Origin: an uncultured delta proteobacterium
Lineage (GTDB): Bacteria > Myxococcota > UBA727 > VGSZ01
Reading direction: 5' to 3'
Assembly: GCA_963775425.1 (NCBI GenBank)
Contig: CAVZJB010000011.1
Location: 512,001-576,000 of the forward strand
Length of the DNA stretch: 64,000 nucleotides
Shown here: positions 9,514-19,517 of the stretch, piece after piece
How the letters are laid out: each line of letters starts with the position of its first letter
Numbering within the stretch: the first letter of the stretch is position 1
Program-made: the position numbers and the translations under genes
Notes under the pieces: model-generated
Seen by the model: only the letters and a program-made list of their open reading frames with translations
Database searches by the model: none
Told to the model about the DNA's origin: nothing

Positions 9514-10329
9514 ATGAACCCCGCGCATCCCCGCCGCGTCGTCGCTCCCTCCGAAGCCGGCAGGACACCGGGTGGCCCACGTCTGGTCGGCGGGGCGCTT
9601 GTCCTCGCCGCCGCCGCGCTCGCAGCCGGGGGCGCGTGGGCGGCGCCGGCCCAGGGTGGCGCACCCGACGTCGACGCGCTCATCAAGCGCTACGACGACG
9701 TGATGTCGCCGGCGTACTTCGACGCCGAGGCGCGCATGATCGCGCATCGCAGCGACGGCTCGGTGCGCTCGTACAAGATGCGCGTGCAAAAGTCGGGCAC
9801 CGACAAGGTGCGCGTCACGTTCCTGGCGCCGGCGGCGGCCAAGGGTCAGGAGATGCTCAGGAGCGGCGACAACCAGTGGCTCTACATGCCCAACCTCAAG
9901 CGCGCGGTGCGGATCGCGTCGCGCGACCAGTTCATGGGCGGCGACTTCAACAACGCCGACGTCCTGCGCGTGAACTACGAGGCCGACTACGACGTCACCC
10001 TCGGCAAGTCGGACAAGCCGGGCCAGCTCGTCCTCGAGCTCAAGGCCAAGTCGCCTTCGGTGGCGTACGACCGCATCAAGCTGTGGATGACCGACGCCAA
10101 GGAGTCGCAGCCCGTGCGGGCGGAGCTGTACGCGTCGAGCGGCAAGCTCCTGCGCGCGGCCGACTTCAGCGACGTCAAGACGCTGTCCAAGGGCTGGACG
10201 CGGCCGACAAAGATCACGATGAGGAACCTGCTCGAGCCCAAGCGCTTCTCCGAGATGATCTGGGACGCTGGCGAAGTGAAAGAGAGCATCCCGTCGCAGC
10301 GCTTCGTGCTCGACGACCTCGGCCGATAG
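9514..10329 (+). CDS. LolA-like outer membrane lipoprotein-sorting protein
   Basis: Signal peptide; WLYMPNLKRAVRIAS...FMGGDFNNAD; operon context. Confidence 0.85.
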   Translation: MNPAHPRRVVAPSEAGRTPGGPRLVGGALVLAAAALAAGGAWAAPAQGGAPDVDALIKRYDDVMSPAYFDAEARMIAHRSDGSVRSYKMRVQKSGTDKVRVTFLAPAAAKGQEMLRSGDNQWLYMPNLKRAVRIASRDQFMGGDFNNADVLRVNYEADYDVTLGKSDKPGQLVLELKAKSPSVAYDRIKLWMTDAKESQPVRAELYASSGKLLRAADFSDVKTLSKGWTRPTKITMRNLLEPKRFSEMIWDAGEVKESIPSQRFVLDDLGR

Positions 10330-10338
10330 GAGCCGCTC

Positions 10339-11892
10339 GTGGCCGCAACCGCCTCCGCCCTCGCCCTCGCCCTCGGCACCCTCGTGGCCGGCGAGACCAG
10401 CTTCACCGGCTCCGTCGCCACGCGCGAGCAGGTGACGGCGCCGTCGGAGGACTCGCTCTCGTCCACCAAAGACCTGCCCATCCTCGAGAGCCTCGAGGAG
10501 CTCAACCTCTTCGGCCGCGCGACGCTGTTCGACGGCAAGCTCTCCTTCACCGTCGACACATCCGCCTTCGTCGCCTTCGGCGGCGTCTACGCCGACGCCA
10601 AGACGTTTCACGGAGCCATGGTGGGCGTCGACGACCACGACGTCGCCGCGCTCGCGCCCTTCATCGCGCTCTCGGAGTACTACGTCACCGCCGAGCCCGT
10701 TGAGCACGTGGTCCTCACCGTCGGCAAGAAGCGCGTGACCTGGGGACCGGCGTTCGCGTACTCGCCGACGGATCTTTTGAACCCGCCGCGCGATCCCACC
10801 GATCCGGCGCTGCAGCGCGCGGGCTTCCTCCACGCACAGCTCGACCTCCCCTTCGACGGCTTCACGGTCTCGGCGCTGTTCGCGCCCGAGGTGCTCGAGA
10901 CCGTCAACGCCGTCCCTGTCGCCGCGCTCGCGTATCCGCGCGGCGAGCTCGTCTTCCCCGATCGCGCGTTCCCCGCGGGCGGCGCGCCCACGCCGGACGA
11001 CGCGCTCCACTACGCCGCCGCGCTCCGCGGCTACGCGCTCATCGGCGACGCGGACGTCAACGCGTGGATCCTGTTCGAACACCGCTACGGCGACGACCGC
11101 GAAGACGTCCCGCGGCTCGCGCTCACGCTCTCCAAGAACCTCTTCACCATCCACGAATTCCACGCGGAGGTGCTCTTGCAGCAGGGCAGCGCGCGCAGCT
11201 ACGCCACCCACGACTGCGGCGGCTCCGCCGACAACCTCACGCGCTGCGCCATCGGCGGCACAGACATCTTCGACGAGAAGCTCAAGAGCTCGGACCGCAT
11301 CCTGCCCGAGATCCTCGTCGGGTGGCGCGTGATGCCCGACGACGGGAGCATGGTCTCTCTCGAGTACCTCTACCAGGCAGACGGCTACACCCGCACCGAG
11401 CTCGGCGACGTCGAGCGCCTCGCCGCCGCCGGCGCCGAGCTCACGCGCGGCAGCACCAACGTCCCCGGCTCGTTCGGCGGGCCCTCGGCGACGACGGGCT
11501 CGGAGGCGCCGAACCGGGTGGCGTTCCAGCCGCGCCGCCGTCACTACCTGTTCTTCTCGTACACCAAGCCGCAGGTGCTCGACGACTTCACGCTCGGCGC
11601 CACGGCCATCGTTCCCCTCGAGGACCTGTCCGCGCTCGTGTCCGCGTCGGTGGCGTGGCAGGCGACGGAGTGGTTGCGCCTGACGCTCTTCGGCTTCGTG
11701 CCACTGCCGTCGCCGGCGCGCGTGTCCGTCGACATCAAGGGCGATCCCTGGCAGAGGCTCTACGACGCGGTCGACCGCGATTGGCAGGGCTTCATCCCCC
11801 GCGGCGGCGTCGTCGACGGTCTGCCCGTCGGCGAATTCGACGGCGCCCCTTTCCGCGCGCTCGCGATGTTCGAAGCGCGCGCTTACTTCTAG
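10339..11892 (+). CDS. Putative outer-membrane beta-barrel protein
   Basis: VGKKRVTWG....SPTDLLNP motif, alternating beta pattern, C-terminal EARAYF. Confidence 0.7.
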   Translation: MAATASALALALGTLVAGETSFTGSVATREQVTAPSEDSLSSTKDLPILESLEELNLFGRATLFDGKLSFTVDTSAFVAFGGVYADAKTFHGAMVGVDDHDVAALAPFIALSEYYVTAEPVEHVVLTVGKKRVTWGPAFAYSPTDLLNPPRDPTDPALQRAGFLHAQLDLPFDGFTVSALFAPEVLETVNAVPVAALAYPRGELVFPDRAFPAGGAPTPDDALHYAAALRGYALIGDADVNAWILFEHRYGDDREDVPRLALTLSKNLFTIHEFHAEVLLQQGSARSYATHDCGGSADNLTRCAIGGTDIFDEKLKSSDRILPEILVGWRVMPDDGSMVSLEYLYQADGYTRTELGDVERLAAAGAELTRGSTNVPGSFGGPSATTGSEAPNRVAFQPRRRHYLFFSYTKPQVLDDFTLGATAIVPLEDLSALVSASVAWQATEWLRLTLFGFVPLPSPARVSVDIKGDPWQRLYDAVDRDWQGFIPRGGVVDGLPVGEFDGAPFRALAMFEARAYF

Positions 11893-11901
11893 GAGGTCAA
11901 C

Positions 11902-12597
11902 ATGCCGTCCATCATCGAGCTGTCGAACGTCACCAAGGACTACGTGCTCGGAGACAGCGTGGTGCACGCCCTCGCCGGCGTCGATCTCGTCCTGGAGAAG
12001 GGCGAGCTCACGGTGGTGATGGGGCCGTCGGGCTCCGGCAAGTCCACGCTGCTGAACATCATCGGCTGCCTCGATCGCGTCACGAGCGGCAGCTACAAGC
12101 TCGAGGGCGAGGAGGTGGGGCAGACGGACTTCGACACGCTCGCCGACGTGCGCAACCGCAAGATCGGCTTCATCTTCCAGTCCTTCAACCTCATCCCGGT
12201 GCTCGACGTCGTCGAGAACATCGAGCTGCCCTGCACGTTCCGCACGCCCCCGGAGCCGGCCGGCAAGCTCCGCGAGCGCGCCCGTCGCATCGCGATCTCC
12301 GTCGGCCTCGAGCAGGTGTTGCACCATCGCCCCGAGCAGCTCTCGGGCGGCCAACGCCAACGCGTGGCCATCGCGCGCGCGCTGGTGACCGAGCCCGCGC
12401 TGGTGCTCGCCGACGAGCCCACCGCCAACCTCGACACCGCCACCAGCGAGCAGATCCTCGACGTCATGCTCGAGCTCAACGAGAAGCTCGGCGTCACGTT
12501 CCTTTTCTCGACGCACGATCCACGAGTCGAGAAGCACGCGCGGCGCGTCCTGCACATGCAGGACGGCAAGCTGCAGGAGCTGAAGCGGGCGGCATGA
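11902..12597 (+). CDS. ABC transporter ATP-binding protein (LolD/MacB-like)
   Basis: GPSGSGKST, LSGGQRQRVAIARAL, DEPTANLD, STHD; AGGAGG RBS. Confidence 0.95.
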   Translation: MPSIIELSNVTKDYVLGDSVVHALAGVDLVLEKGELTVVMGPSGSGKSTLLNIIGCLDRVTSGSYKLEGEEVGQTDFDTLADVRNRKIGFIFQSFNLIPVLDVVENIELPCTFRTPPEPAGKLRERARRIAISVGLEQVLHHRPEQLSGGQRQRVAIARALVTEPALVLADEPTANLDTATSEQILDVMLELNEKLGVTFLFSTHDPRVEKHARRVLHMQDGKLQELKRAA

Positions 12598-13211
12598 CGG
12601 ACACGCCTCTCCCCGAGCTCACCGAGAAGCAGCGCCGCGTGCTCGACGCCGCCCTCGAGCTGTTCGCCGAGAGGGGGTACGCGGGCGCGTCGACGTCGGA
12701 GATCGCCAAGCGCGCCGGCGTCGCCGAGGGCACCGTCTTCAAGACGTACAAGACCAAGAAGGACCTGCTGATCGCGCTGGTGGCGCCGTTCTTCGCCAAG
12801 GTCATCGCGCCCACGCTCATCGAAGAGGTCCTCGTCATCGTGCGGCAGGAGCACCCGCACTTCGAAGACTTCGTGCGCGCGCTGTTCAAGAACCGCATCG
12901 ACTTCGTCAAGGCGCACGAGCGCATCATCCGGCTGGCGGTGCAGGAGCTGCCGTTTCACCCGGAGGTGCGCGCGCTGGCCAAGAGGACCATCGCGGATCG
13001 CGCGCTCCCCGACGTGGAGAAGGCCATCCGCCGCTTTCAGAGGATGGGCGAGGTGCGCGCGGGGAAGGTCACGTCCCTGATCCGCATCATGGTGGGCACG
13101 TTCCTCACGTATACGCTCACGCGCACGGTGCTCGCCCCCGAGCTGAAGTGGAACGACGCCGAGGAGCTCGAGCTGATGGTGCAGGTGCTCGCGAAGGGGC
13201 TTGCGCCGTAG
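12594..13211 (+). CDS. TetR/AcrR family transcriptional regulator
   Basis: VLDAALELFAERGY...STSEIAKRAGVAEGTVF; ATGA overlap. Confidence 0.93.
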   Translation: MTDTPLPELTEKQRRVLDAALELFAERGYAGASTSEIAKRAGVAEGTVFKTYKTKKDLLIALVAPFFAKVIAPTLIEEVLVIVRQEHPHFEDFVRALFKNRIDFVKAHERIIRLAVQELPFHPEVRALAKRTIADRALPDVEKAIRRFQRMGEVRAGKVTSLIRIMVGTFLTYTLTRTVLAPELKWNDAEELELMVQVLAKGLAP

Positions 13212-13748
13212 TCACTCGCGCCTGCGCATATAGCCCTGCGACGCCATGGCCTTGCCCATCTCGCGGTAGGCGCCGGGATCGTCGGGGGTGACCGCGCCGA
13301 GGGCGTCGACGTAGCGGTTGAACATGCAGAACGCGGCCGCGATGAGGACGGCGTCGTGGATCTCGACGTCGTCGCAGCCGGCGGCGCGGCAGGCGGCGAC
13401 GTCGTCGTCGCCGACGGCCTTGCCGCTGTCGCGCACCTTGAGCGCGAGGCGCAGGAGCGCCTGCATCTTGGGCGACTGCGCGCCGAGGTCGCCGGCGCAG
13501 GCGGCGGCGACGAGGTGGTCGTCACCGAGGTGCGCGGCGGCGGCGGCGGCGTGGGAGCGGGAGCAGAAGGCGCACTCGTTTGCGGTGGAGACGACGGCGG
13601 CGATGGTCTCGCGCTCGCCGGACGACAGCGGCGAGGGGCCGCGCAGGAGGGCTTCGGCGAGCTGGCAGAGGGGGACGCCGGTCTCGGGGCGGAACTTGAA
13701 AAAGGCGGCGATCCCGGGCGGGTGGAGCGGTGCGGCGACGCGGGGCAT
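13212..13748 (-). CDS. Carboxymuconolactone decarboxylase/AhpD-like peroxidase-related enzyme
   Basis: ERETIAAVVSTANECAFCSRSH, AAFCMFNRYVD. Confidence 0.9.
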   Translation of the reverse strand: MPRVAAPLHPPGIAAFFKFRPETGVPLCQLAEALLRGPSPLSSGERETIAAVVSTANECAFCSRSHAAAAAAHLGDDHLVAAACAGDLGAQSPKMQALLRLALKVRDSGKAVGDDDVAACRAAGCDDVEIHDAVLIAAAFCMFNRYVDALGAVTPDDPGAYREMGKAMASQGYMRRRE

Positions 13749-13782
13749 GCCCCGTTGTAGCCCGTGGCCGTATTCTCCGGGG

Positions 13783-16425
13783 GTGAAGACCGGGGACACC
13801 GTCGGCCCGTATCTCGTACGCGGCCATCTCGGCACGAGCGGGGCGGCGCGCGGCAGCGTGTTCGTCGCGGAGCACACAGTGCTGCGGCGCAAGGTGATGC
13901 TCGCCGAGCTGCGGCCCGAGGACGCCGCGGACCCGGACGCGCGGGCGCGGTTCGTCGCGGAGGCCAAGGCGCTTCGCGGGTTGAAGCACGACAACCTGAT
14001 CGAGGTGCTGGACGTCGTCGAGGACGCGGCGCTGCCGTGGTTCGCGGTGGAGCTGCTGCGCGGGCACTCGCTGGCGGAGGTGATGCGCAACGAGGGCCCG
14101 CTGTCGTTGCCGCGTGCGCTGCACATCGCGTGGCAGATCACGTCGGCGCTGGCGGCGGCGCACCAGGCAGGGCTGGCGCATCGTGCGCTGTGTCCGCAGA
14201 GCGTGTTCCTCGTGGACCGCAGGGGCGTGCGTGGCGTGGTGAAGCTCGTCGACTTCGCCGTCGGCGAGGTGCCGCGCGACGCGCCGCAGGTGGCGCCGTA
14301 CCTGGCGCCGGAGCAGGCGCTCGGGCCGCGCGCGGACGTGTATTCGCTCGGCGTGATCTTGTACGAGATGACCACGGGGAGGCGCCCGTTCACCGCGCGC
14401 AGCCCGTTCGCGTTGCATCGGGCGCACGAACAGGAACCGGCGCCGTCGCCGGGGTCGTTCGCGGAGATGCCGGCGACGCTCGAGACGCTGATCCTCGAGT
14501 GCCTGAAGAAAGACCCGGCGGCGCGCCCCGCCGACATGGGCGTGGTCCAGGCGTCGCTGCGCGAGATCGCGATCCTCATCGACGCGCACCAGCCGCCCGT
14601 GGCGCGGGACGATCCGACGGGGGACTTCGCGGTGCCGGGGACCACGAGCTGGATCGTGGTGCCTGGGCGGCAGACGCGGCCGTCGCCGGTCTCGGGGATC
14701 CATGCGATGCCCGGGGCCGCCGACGCGTCGGACTTCGACGACGACGAGCTCCCTCCTGCGCCGGCGTCGCCGTACCCGCCGCCGTCGTGGGTGGCGCGCG
14801 AGACGGCGACGCGCATCTCTCGCGAGCCATCCTTCGTGGCTCCGACGTCGATCACCGGTCCGCCGAACCTGCCGCCGCCGCCCGAGCCGCTGGTCCTCGG
14901 GGCGCGACCGGGGAGCGCGGAGTGGGTGCGCCGCTCGAGCCCGCCGCCGTCCATCCCGCCGCGCAAGGAGCAGCCCGTGTCGTCGTCGCTGTCGTCGGCG
15001 ATGGACTCGCTGTTCGCCGCTGAGTCGCAAGCGGCGATCCCGTTGCCGGGCGCGGGGGGAGCGATCCCGTTGCCGGGCGCGCCGTCGCCGGGGGGAGCGA
15101 TCTCGTTGCCGGGCGCGCCGCCGCCGTCGTCGTCGCTCCCGTCGCCGTCGCCGTCGCCGTTCCCGTCGCCCTTCCCGCCGCCGTCGTCGTCGTCGTCGCC
15201 GGGGGGAGCGATCCCGTTGCCGGGCGCGCCGCCGTCGCCGTCGTCGCTCCCGTCGCCGTCGTCGCTGTCGCCGTCGGGTGCGAGCACGCCGGGGGGCGCG
15301 ATCCCGTTGCCGGGCGCGCCGTCGCCGGGTGGCGCGATCCCGTTGCCGGGCGCGCCGTCGCCGGGGCGAGCGATCCCGTTGCCGGGCGCGCCGTCGCCGG
15401 GTGGCGCGATCCCGTTGCCGGGCGCAGCGCCCTCACCGCTCCCATCGCCGTTCCCGTCGCCCTCCCCGCCGCCGTCGCCCTCTTCTTCGTCGCCCTCCCC
15501 GCCGCCGTCGCCGTCGCTGCCGTCCGTCGCGACGCTCGGCCCGCACGCGACGGGGCTGTCGGCAACGGCGCTGACGCGGTCGTCGTCGGCGGGGCCGGTG
15601 GTCGTGGGCACGCCGCTGGGCGCCGGAGAGCACGGCGCGCCGAGCGCGGCCGCGGAGACGACCGTCCCTGGTGCGCCCGCGCCGCCCGCCGAGCCCGCAC
15701 CTCCCCCCGTGCCCGCCACCGACGCTGGAGCTGACGACGATCTCGCGATCGCTTCACCGTTCGACGTCGACGAGAGCGGCCCGTTCGGCGCGTCAGCCGG
15801 GTTCTTCGGCGAGCCGGAGCCCCCGTTCGGCGCCCGCCCACCCGAGCCGCCTGCGCTCGACGACGTCGCCCCGGTCGAGGCCGCGCCGCGGCGCGCGCGG
15901 GGGTGGCTGGTCGCGGCCTTCGTCGTCGTCGCCGCGGCCGGCGCCGTCGTCGCCGGCGTCCGCAGCGGCTTCCTCGTGCAGCACGCGCAGGCCGAGGTCC
16001 AGGCGATGTGCGCGCAGGCGGGTTACGTCCCCGCCCCGCCCGCCGCGCCGCCGGTGACGCCCGTCGTCACCGTGCACGCGGACGCCGGGCCGCGCCAGGA
16101 AACGGCCGCCGCGCCGCAAGCGGACGGAGGCATCGCCGCCCCGGCGGACGCAGGGCCCGCCGCCGCGCCGGACGGAGGCATCACCACCCCGGCGGATGGC
16201 GGGCCCGCCGCCGTGGCACAAGCGCCGGAGGCCGCGCCCGTCGACGCCGGGGAGCCCGCCGTCGACGAGGCCGCTGTCGAGCCTGCGCCCCCGCACCCCC
16301 GGAAGCCGAAGCCCGTTCACCGGCGCCGGCGCCGCCGCCCGCGTCCGAACCCGGCCGCGGGCGCACCGGCGACGCCGCCGAACGTCCTCGACGGCGAGCT
16401 CGTCGACCCGTTCGGCAAGAACTAG
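13783..16425 (+). CDS. Membrane-anchored Ser/Thr kinase-like protein, probably catalytically dead
   Basis: Kinase subdomains (YLAPEQ, ADVYSLGVILYEM) present but VAIK, HRD and DFG are degenerate; Pro-rich linker, one TM segment, C-terminal LVDPF. Confidence 0.85.
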   Translation: MKTGDTVGPYLVRGHLGTSGAARGSVFVAEHTVLRRKVMLAELRPEDAADPDARARFVAEAKALRGLKHDNLIEVLDVVEDAALPWFAVELLRGHSLAEVMRNEGPLSLPRALHIAWQITSALAAAHQAGLAHRALCPQSVFLVDRRGVRGVVKLVDFAVGEVPRDAPQVAPYLAPEQALGPRADVYSLGVILYEMTTGRRPFTARSPFALHRAHEQEPAPSPGSFAEMPATLETLILECLKKDPAARPADMGVVQASLREIAILIDAHQPPVARDDPTGDFAVPGTTSWIVVPGRQTRPSPVSGIHAMPGAADASDFDDDELPPAPASPYPPPSWVARETATRISREPSFVAPTSITGPPNLPPPPEPLVLGARPGSAEWVRRSSPPPSIPPRKEQPVSSSLSSAMDSLFAAESQAAIPLPGAGGAIPLPGAPSPGGAISLPGAPPPSSSLPSPSPSPFPSPFPPPSSSSSPGGAIPLPGAPPSPSSLPSPSSLSPSGASTPGGAIPLPGAPSPGGAIPLPGAPSPGRAIPLPGAPSPGGAIPLPGAAPSPLPSPFPSPSPPPSPSSSSPSPPPSPSLPSVATLGPHATGLSATALTRSSSAGPVVVGTPLGAGEHGAPSAAAETTVPGAPAPPAEPAPPPVPATDAGADDDLAIASPFDVDESGPFGASAGFFGEPEPPFGARPPEPPALDDVAPVEAAPRRARGWLVAAFVVVAAAGAVVAGVRSGFLVQHAQAEVQAMCAQAGYVPAPPAAPPVTPVVTVHADAGPRQETAAAPQADGGIAAPADAGPAAAPDGGITTPADGGPAAVAQAPEAAPVDAGEPAVDEAAVEPAPPHPRKPKPVHRRRRRRPRPNPAAGAPATPPNVLDGELVDPFGKN
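15031..15430 (+). repeat. Eight AI(P/S)LPGA peptide repeats in the kinase linker
   Basis: gcgatcccgttgccgggcgc repeated, partly as 36-bp tandem units. Confidence 0.9.
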
Positions 16426-16577
16426 GCGGCGGGGCACGACGTCGTCGTCGACGACAAACATCGTGCCGCCGCGAATGTCGTAACGCCGCTGAGCTCAAAG
16501 GGCGACGCGCAGTGTGATCCGTCGGCACCGACGCCACGGCGCGGCGCGCAGTCCATTCGCGACGTCGCCGACGTCGA

Positions 16578-16750
16578 CGACCCGGCGGGGCTTGACGTCG
16601 GCTGCGTCGACGCCGCGTAGGGCGGGGGCTTGTCCCCCGCGTCGGAAAGGCAGGCGGACGTAGCCGGTGCCTCCGACGCGCCCCACAAGATGGGCGCCCT
16701 ACGTCTCGATGCCGTGCGTGTCGTGTCGCCCCGATGCGAGAACGGCGGGC
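16578..16750. repeat. Dispersed intergenic repeat with inverted GTAG-REP doublet (REPIN-like), copy 1
   Basis: GTAGGGCG at 16617 ... CGCCCTAC ending 16702; closely similar to 46409-46575. Confidence 0.85.
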
Positions 16751-16806
16751 AAACACGTCGTCCCGCCGTGAATGTCGTAGCGCGCTGAGCTCATGGGTGA
16801 CGAGCA

Positions 16807-17223
16807 ATGAGATCCATCGGCAAGGTCGACGCCGCGTGCCCCGCGCGCGTCACCGTCGAGGTCACGGGCATGGCGCCAAGCCCCGGCGTGCTCGCGTTCC
16901 CGGTGGAGAACGCGCTCGTGGAGATGTCGAGAGACGCGCTCCCCGTGGTACGCGGCGCGGGCGCGAGCACGCTCGATCTGAGCGAGAACGACACGCGCTC
17001 GAGCCCCGTCTTCGCCGGCACCGGCATGCACTCCTATGCCGTGACCATGACGGCGATCCTCACCGGCGCCGATGGCGAGGCGCTCTCCAAGGTGGCGACC
17101 ACCACCGCCATCGTCGGCATCAACCCCGGCGACGCCGCCCGCGCCGACGCCCTACGCGCCGCGCGCCTCCTCTACGCCGCGGTGGTCGAAGACGTCGCCA
17201 AGCGGGCGGTCGCCGCGGAGTGA
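16807..17223 (+). CDS. Hypothetical protein, possibly a 5'-truncated remnant
   Basis: Coding-like codon bias; the start codon lies inside a repeat unit. Confidence 0.5.
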   Translation: MRSIGKVDAACPARVTVEVTGMAPSPGVLAFPVENALVEMSRDALPVVRGAGASTLDLSENDTRSSPVFAGTGMHSYAVTMTAILTGADGEALSKVATTTAIVGINPGDAARADALRAARLLYAAVVEDVAKRAVAAE

Positions 17224-17253
17224 GCCGCCTGCGTCGTGCTCCCCGCAGCTCGC

Positions 17254-17817
17254 TCAATGGTCGAGCATCGGTGTGCCTTCGTGGGCCACCAGGAGGTCGT
17301 GCATCTCGTCGGCGTGCTCCTCTTCCTTGGCGAGGATGCTCTCGAGCATGCGCCGGGTCGTCGGGTCGTGGGGCTCGAAGTAGCGGATCATCTCCCGGTA
17401 GGTGTCGATGGCGATGCGCTCGGCGACGAGGTCCTCCTTGATCATCTCGATGAGGTCCTCGCCCTCCGCGTACTCCGTGGCCGAGCGGATCGAGAGCCCG
17501 TCGGGGTCGTAGTTGGGCTTGCCCCCGAGCTGGTTGATGCGCTCGGCGAGCATGTCCACGTGCGCTTGCTCTTCGTTGGCGTGCTCGGCGAACTCCTTGC
17601 GCACGCCTTCGCTGTTGAGTCCGCGCGCCGCCACCGCGTGGAAGCGGTAGCGCAGGACGCACACGAGCTCGGTGGCGAGCGCGTCGTTCAACAGCTCGAT
17701 GGACCGCTCCGCCGACCCGCCGTAACCGTGCGTCACGGCGCCGTCCTCGAGCTTCTCGCGGGCGCGCCGGCGGATCTCGTCGATGTCGATGGCGAATTGT
17801 TGGCCTGCTTCAGTCAT
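17254..17817 (-). CDS. Bacterioferritin/Dps-like ferritin-fold protein
   Basis: ALATELVCVLRY, EEQAH..MLAERINQLGG, EDLVAERIAIDTY, EEEHADEM; AGGAGG RBS. Confidence 0.92.
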   Translation of the reverse strand: MTEAGQQFAIDIDEIRRRAREKLEDGAVTHGYGGSAERSIELLNDALATELVCVLRYRFHAVAARGLNSEGVRKEFAEHANEEQAHVDMLAERINQLGGKPNYDPDGLSIRSATEYAEGEDLIEMIKEDLVAERIAIDTYREMIRYFEPHDPTTRRMLESILAKEEEHADEMHDLLVAHEGTPMLDH

Positions 17818-17882
17818 GGTGCGGCTCCTCCTCGTCGTTGTAGAGACGACGGTCGCGCGCATCACGGCACAAGCGTCCGGCG

Positions 17883-19517
17883 CTACGGCGCGAACAGGAA
17901 CGTGCCCTTGAGATCCTCGGTGGCCGAGATCGCCGACTCGCCGCCGGCGCCCTGCGTCTTCACCGACGTCGCGCGGTATTGGTAGATCATCCCGGGAGTG
18001 AGCGCGGGCCCGGTGTATGGCACCGTGACCCGCTGGTTGCCGCTCTGTCCGTCCACGCTCGCCTCGAACGTCAGGGTGCCGAGCGCGTCGAACAACACGA
18101 TGTCGTAGCGGTCTTCGCTGGAGTCGTCGGCGAAGACGAAGTCGGGCGCGGCCGTCACCTTCTCGAGGCCGTCGGCGCCGGGAGAGAACACGTCGAGCGC
18201 GCCGGTGACCTTGAACGACTGCGGCGCGGCGACGTCGCGGTTGCCGGGGCCGACCACGACGTGGACCAGGGCGGTGCCGCCGATGTTGGTGTCGGGGTCG
18301 CGCACGAGCCCGTCGTTGTCGAACGCGGCGAGCACCACGTACTCGCCGTCGGGCACGCCGGCGATGGTGAACGCGTTGGTGACGTCGGACGCGCGCAGTC
18401 CCCGCGGCACCTCGCCGCGCGCGATGGTCTCGTCGAACGTGTCGGCGACCACCAGCACCACGCTGGTCACCCCGTTGCCGTTGCCGTTGACGATGTTCAC
18501 CGATCCGCTGACCGAGCCCGTCGGCTGGACGGCCGCGTCGAGCACCACGTTCAACACGTCCTCCGCGGCCACCGCCAGCGACACGGGCGTGAGCTGCACG
18601 TCCGCGGCGTAGCCCGACACGACGCTGTCGCCGGCGGCGACGTTGAAGAGCGTGAACGTGCCGTCGCTGTCGGTGATGGCCGTGGACACGCCGCCGTCGC
18701 TCGCGGAGACCACGAGCACGCCCCCGCCGCCGGCGGCGACGTGGCCGGAGACCGTGGGCCGCCCGGCCTCGCCGTCGGGCAGCGGCACCAGCGCGATGGT
18801 GGTGGCGGCGTTCTCGACGACGAAGTGGCCCTCGCCGTCTGCTGCGGCGGCGCCGAGGTCGATGGGCACGGCCTGGCGGATGCCGCTCGGGAACGTGGCG
18901 TAGTCCCGCGCGTCGGCGCGCGTGGTGACGGCGGCGCCGGCGGCGGGTGCGCCTTCGGCGTCGCGCGCGACGATGAGCTCGAGCGCGTAGGTGCCGTCGG
19001 CGGCGGAGGTGGCCACGCGCGAGACCGCCGCGCCGTCGACGTCGAGCGCGATGACGTCCGCCCCCGCGACGGCGCTGTCGTCGAGGGCGTCGACGACCTT
19101 GCCCTGCAGCCGCACGGGGGGCTCGCACTTTCGGTCGCCGCCACCGACGTCGGCGCAGGTGTCGTCGGCGCACTGATCGTCACCGGAGCACGCCGCGCCG
19201 CGGCCGCCGCAGACGCCGCAGGGCGGGCCTTCGCAGTCGACGGTGGGGGCGCAGGCGGAGCCGTCGGCGCAGAAGGCGTCGTCGGTGCCCACGTCGCACG
19301 CGCCGCCGACCACGACCAGGCACTGCGCGCCGTCGCCGCGGTCCTGGCACACGAGGCCGTCGGGGCAGGGGGTGTCGGCGCTCGCGTCGCAGGCGTCACC
19401 GGGGTTGTGCGCGCACGAGCAGGCGCCGGCGGACAAGGCTGCGCACAAGAGCGCGAGCCGCAGCGTCGTCACGAGGCGCGCGGGGGACGGGGAGGCGGGG
19501 GCGTTGTCGTGCGGCAT
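17883..19517 (-). CDS. Lipoprotein with Cys-rich N-terminus and carboxypeptidase-regulatory-like beta domains
   Basis: LSAGACSC lipobox; repeated .SG.V...T..DGT(Y/F) modules. Confidence 0.8.
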   Translation of the reverse strand: MPHDNAPASPSPARLVTTLRLALLCAALSAGACSCAHNPGDACDASADTPCPDGLVCQDRGDGAQCLVVVGGACDVGTDDAFCADGSACAPTVDCEGPPCGVCGGRGAACSGDDQCADDTCADVGGGDRKCEPPVRLQGKVVDALDDSAVAGADVIALDVDGAAVSRVATSAADGTYALELIVARDAEGAPAAGAAVTTRADARDYATFPSGIRQAVPIDLGAAAADGEGHFVVENAATTIALVPLPDGEAGRPTVSGHVAAGGGGVLVVSASDGGVSTAITDSDGTFTLFNVAAGDSVVSGYAADVQLTPVSLAVAAEDVLNVVLDAAVQPTGSVSGSVNIVNGNGNGVTSVVLVVADTFDETIARGEVPRGLRASDVTNAFTIAGVPDGEYVVLAAFDNDGLVRDPDTNIGGTALVHVVVGPGNRDVAAPQSFKVTGALDVFSPGADGLEKVTAAPDFVFADDSSEDRYDIVLFDALGTLTFEASVDGQSGNQRVTVPYTGPALTPGMIYQYRATSVKTQGAGGESAISATEDLKGTFLFAP

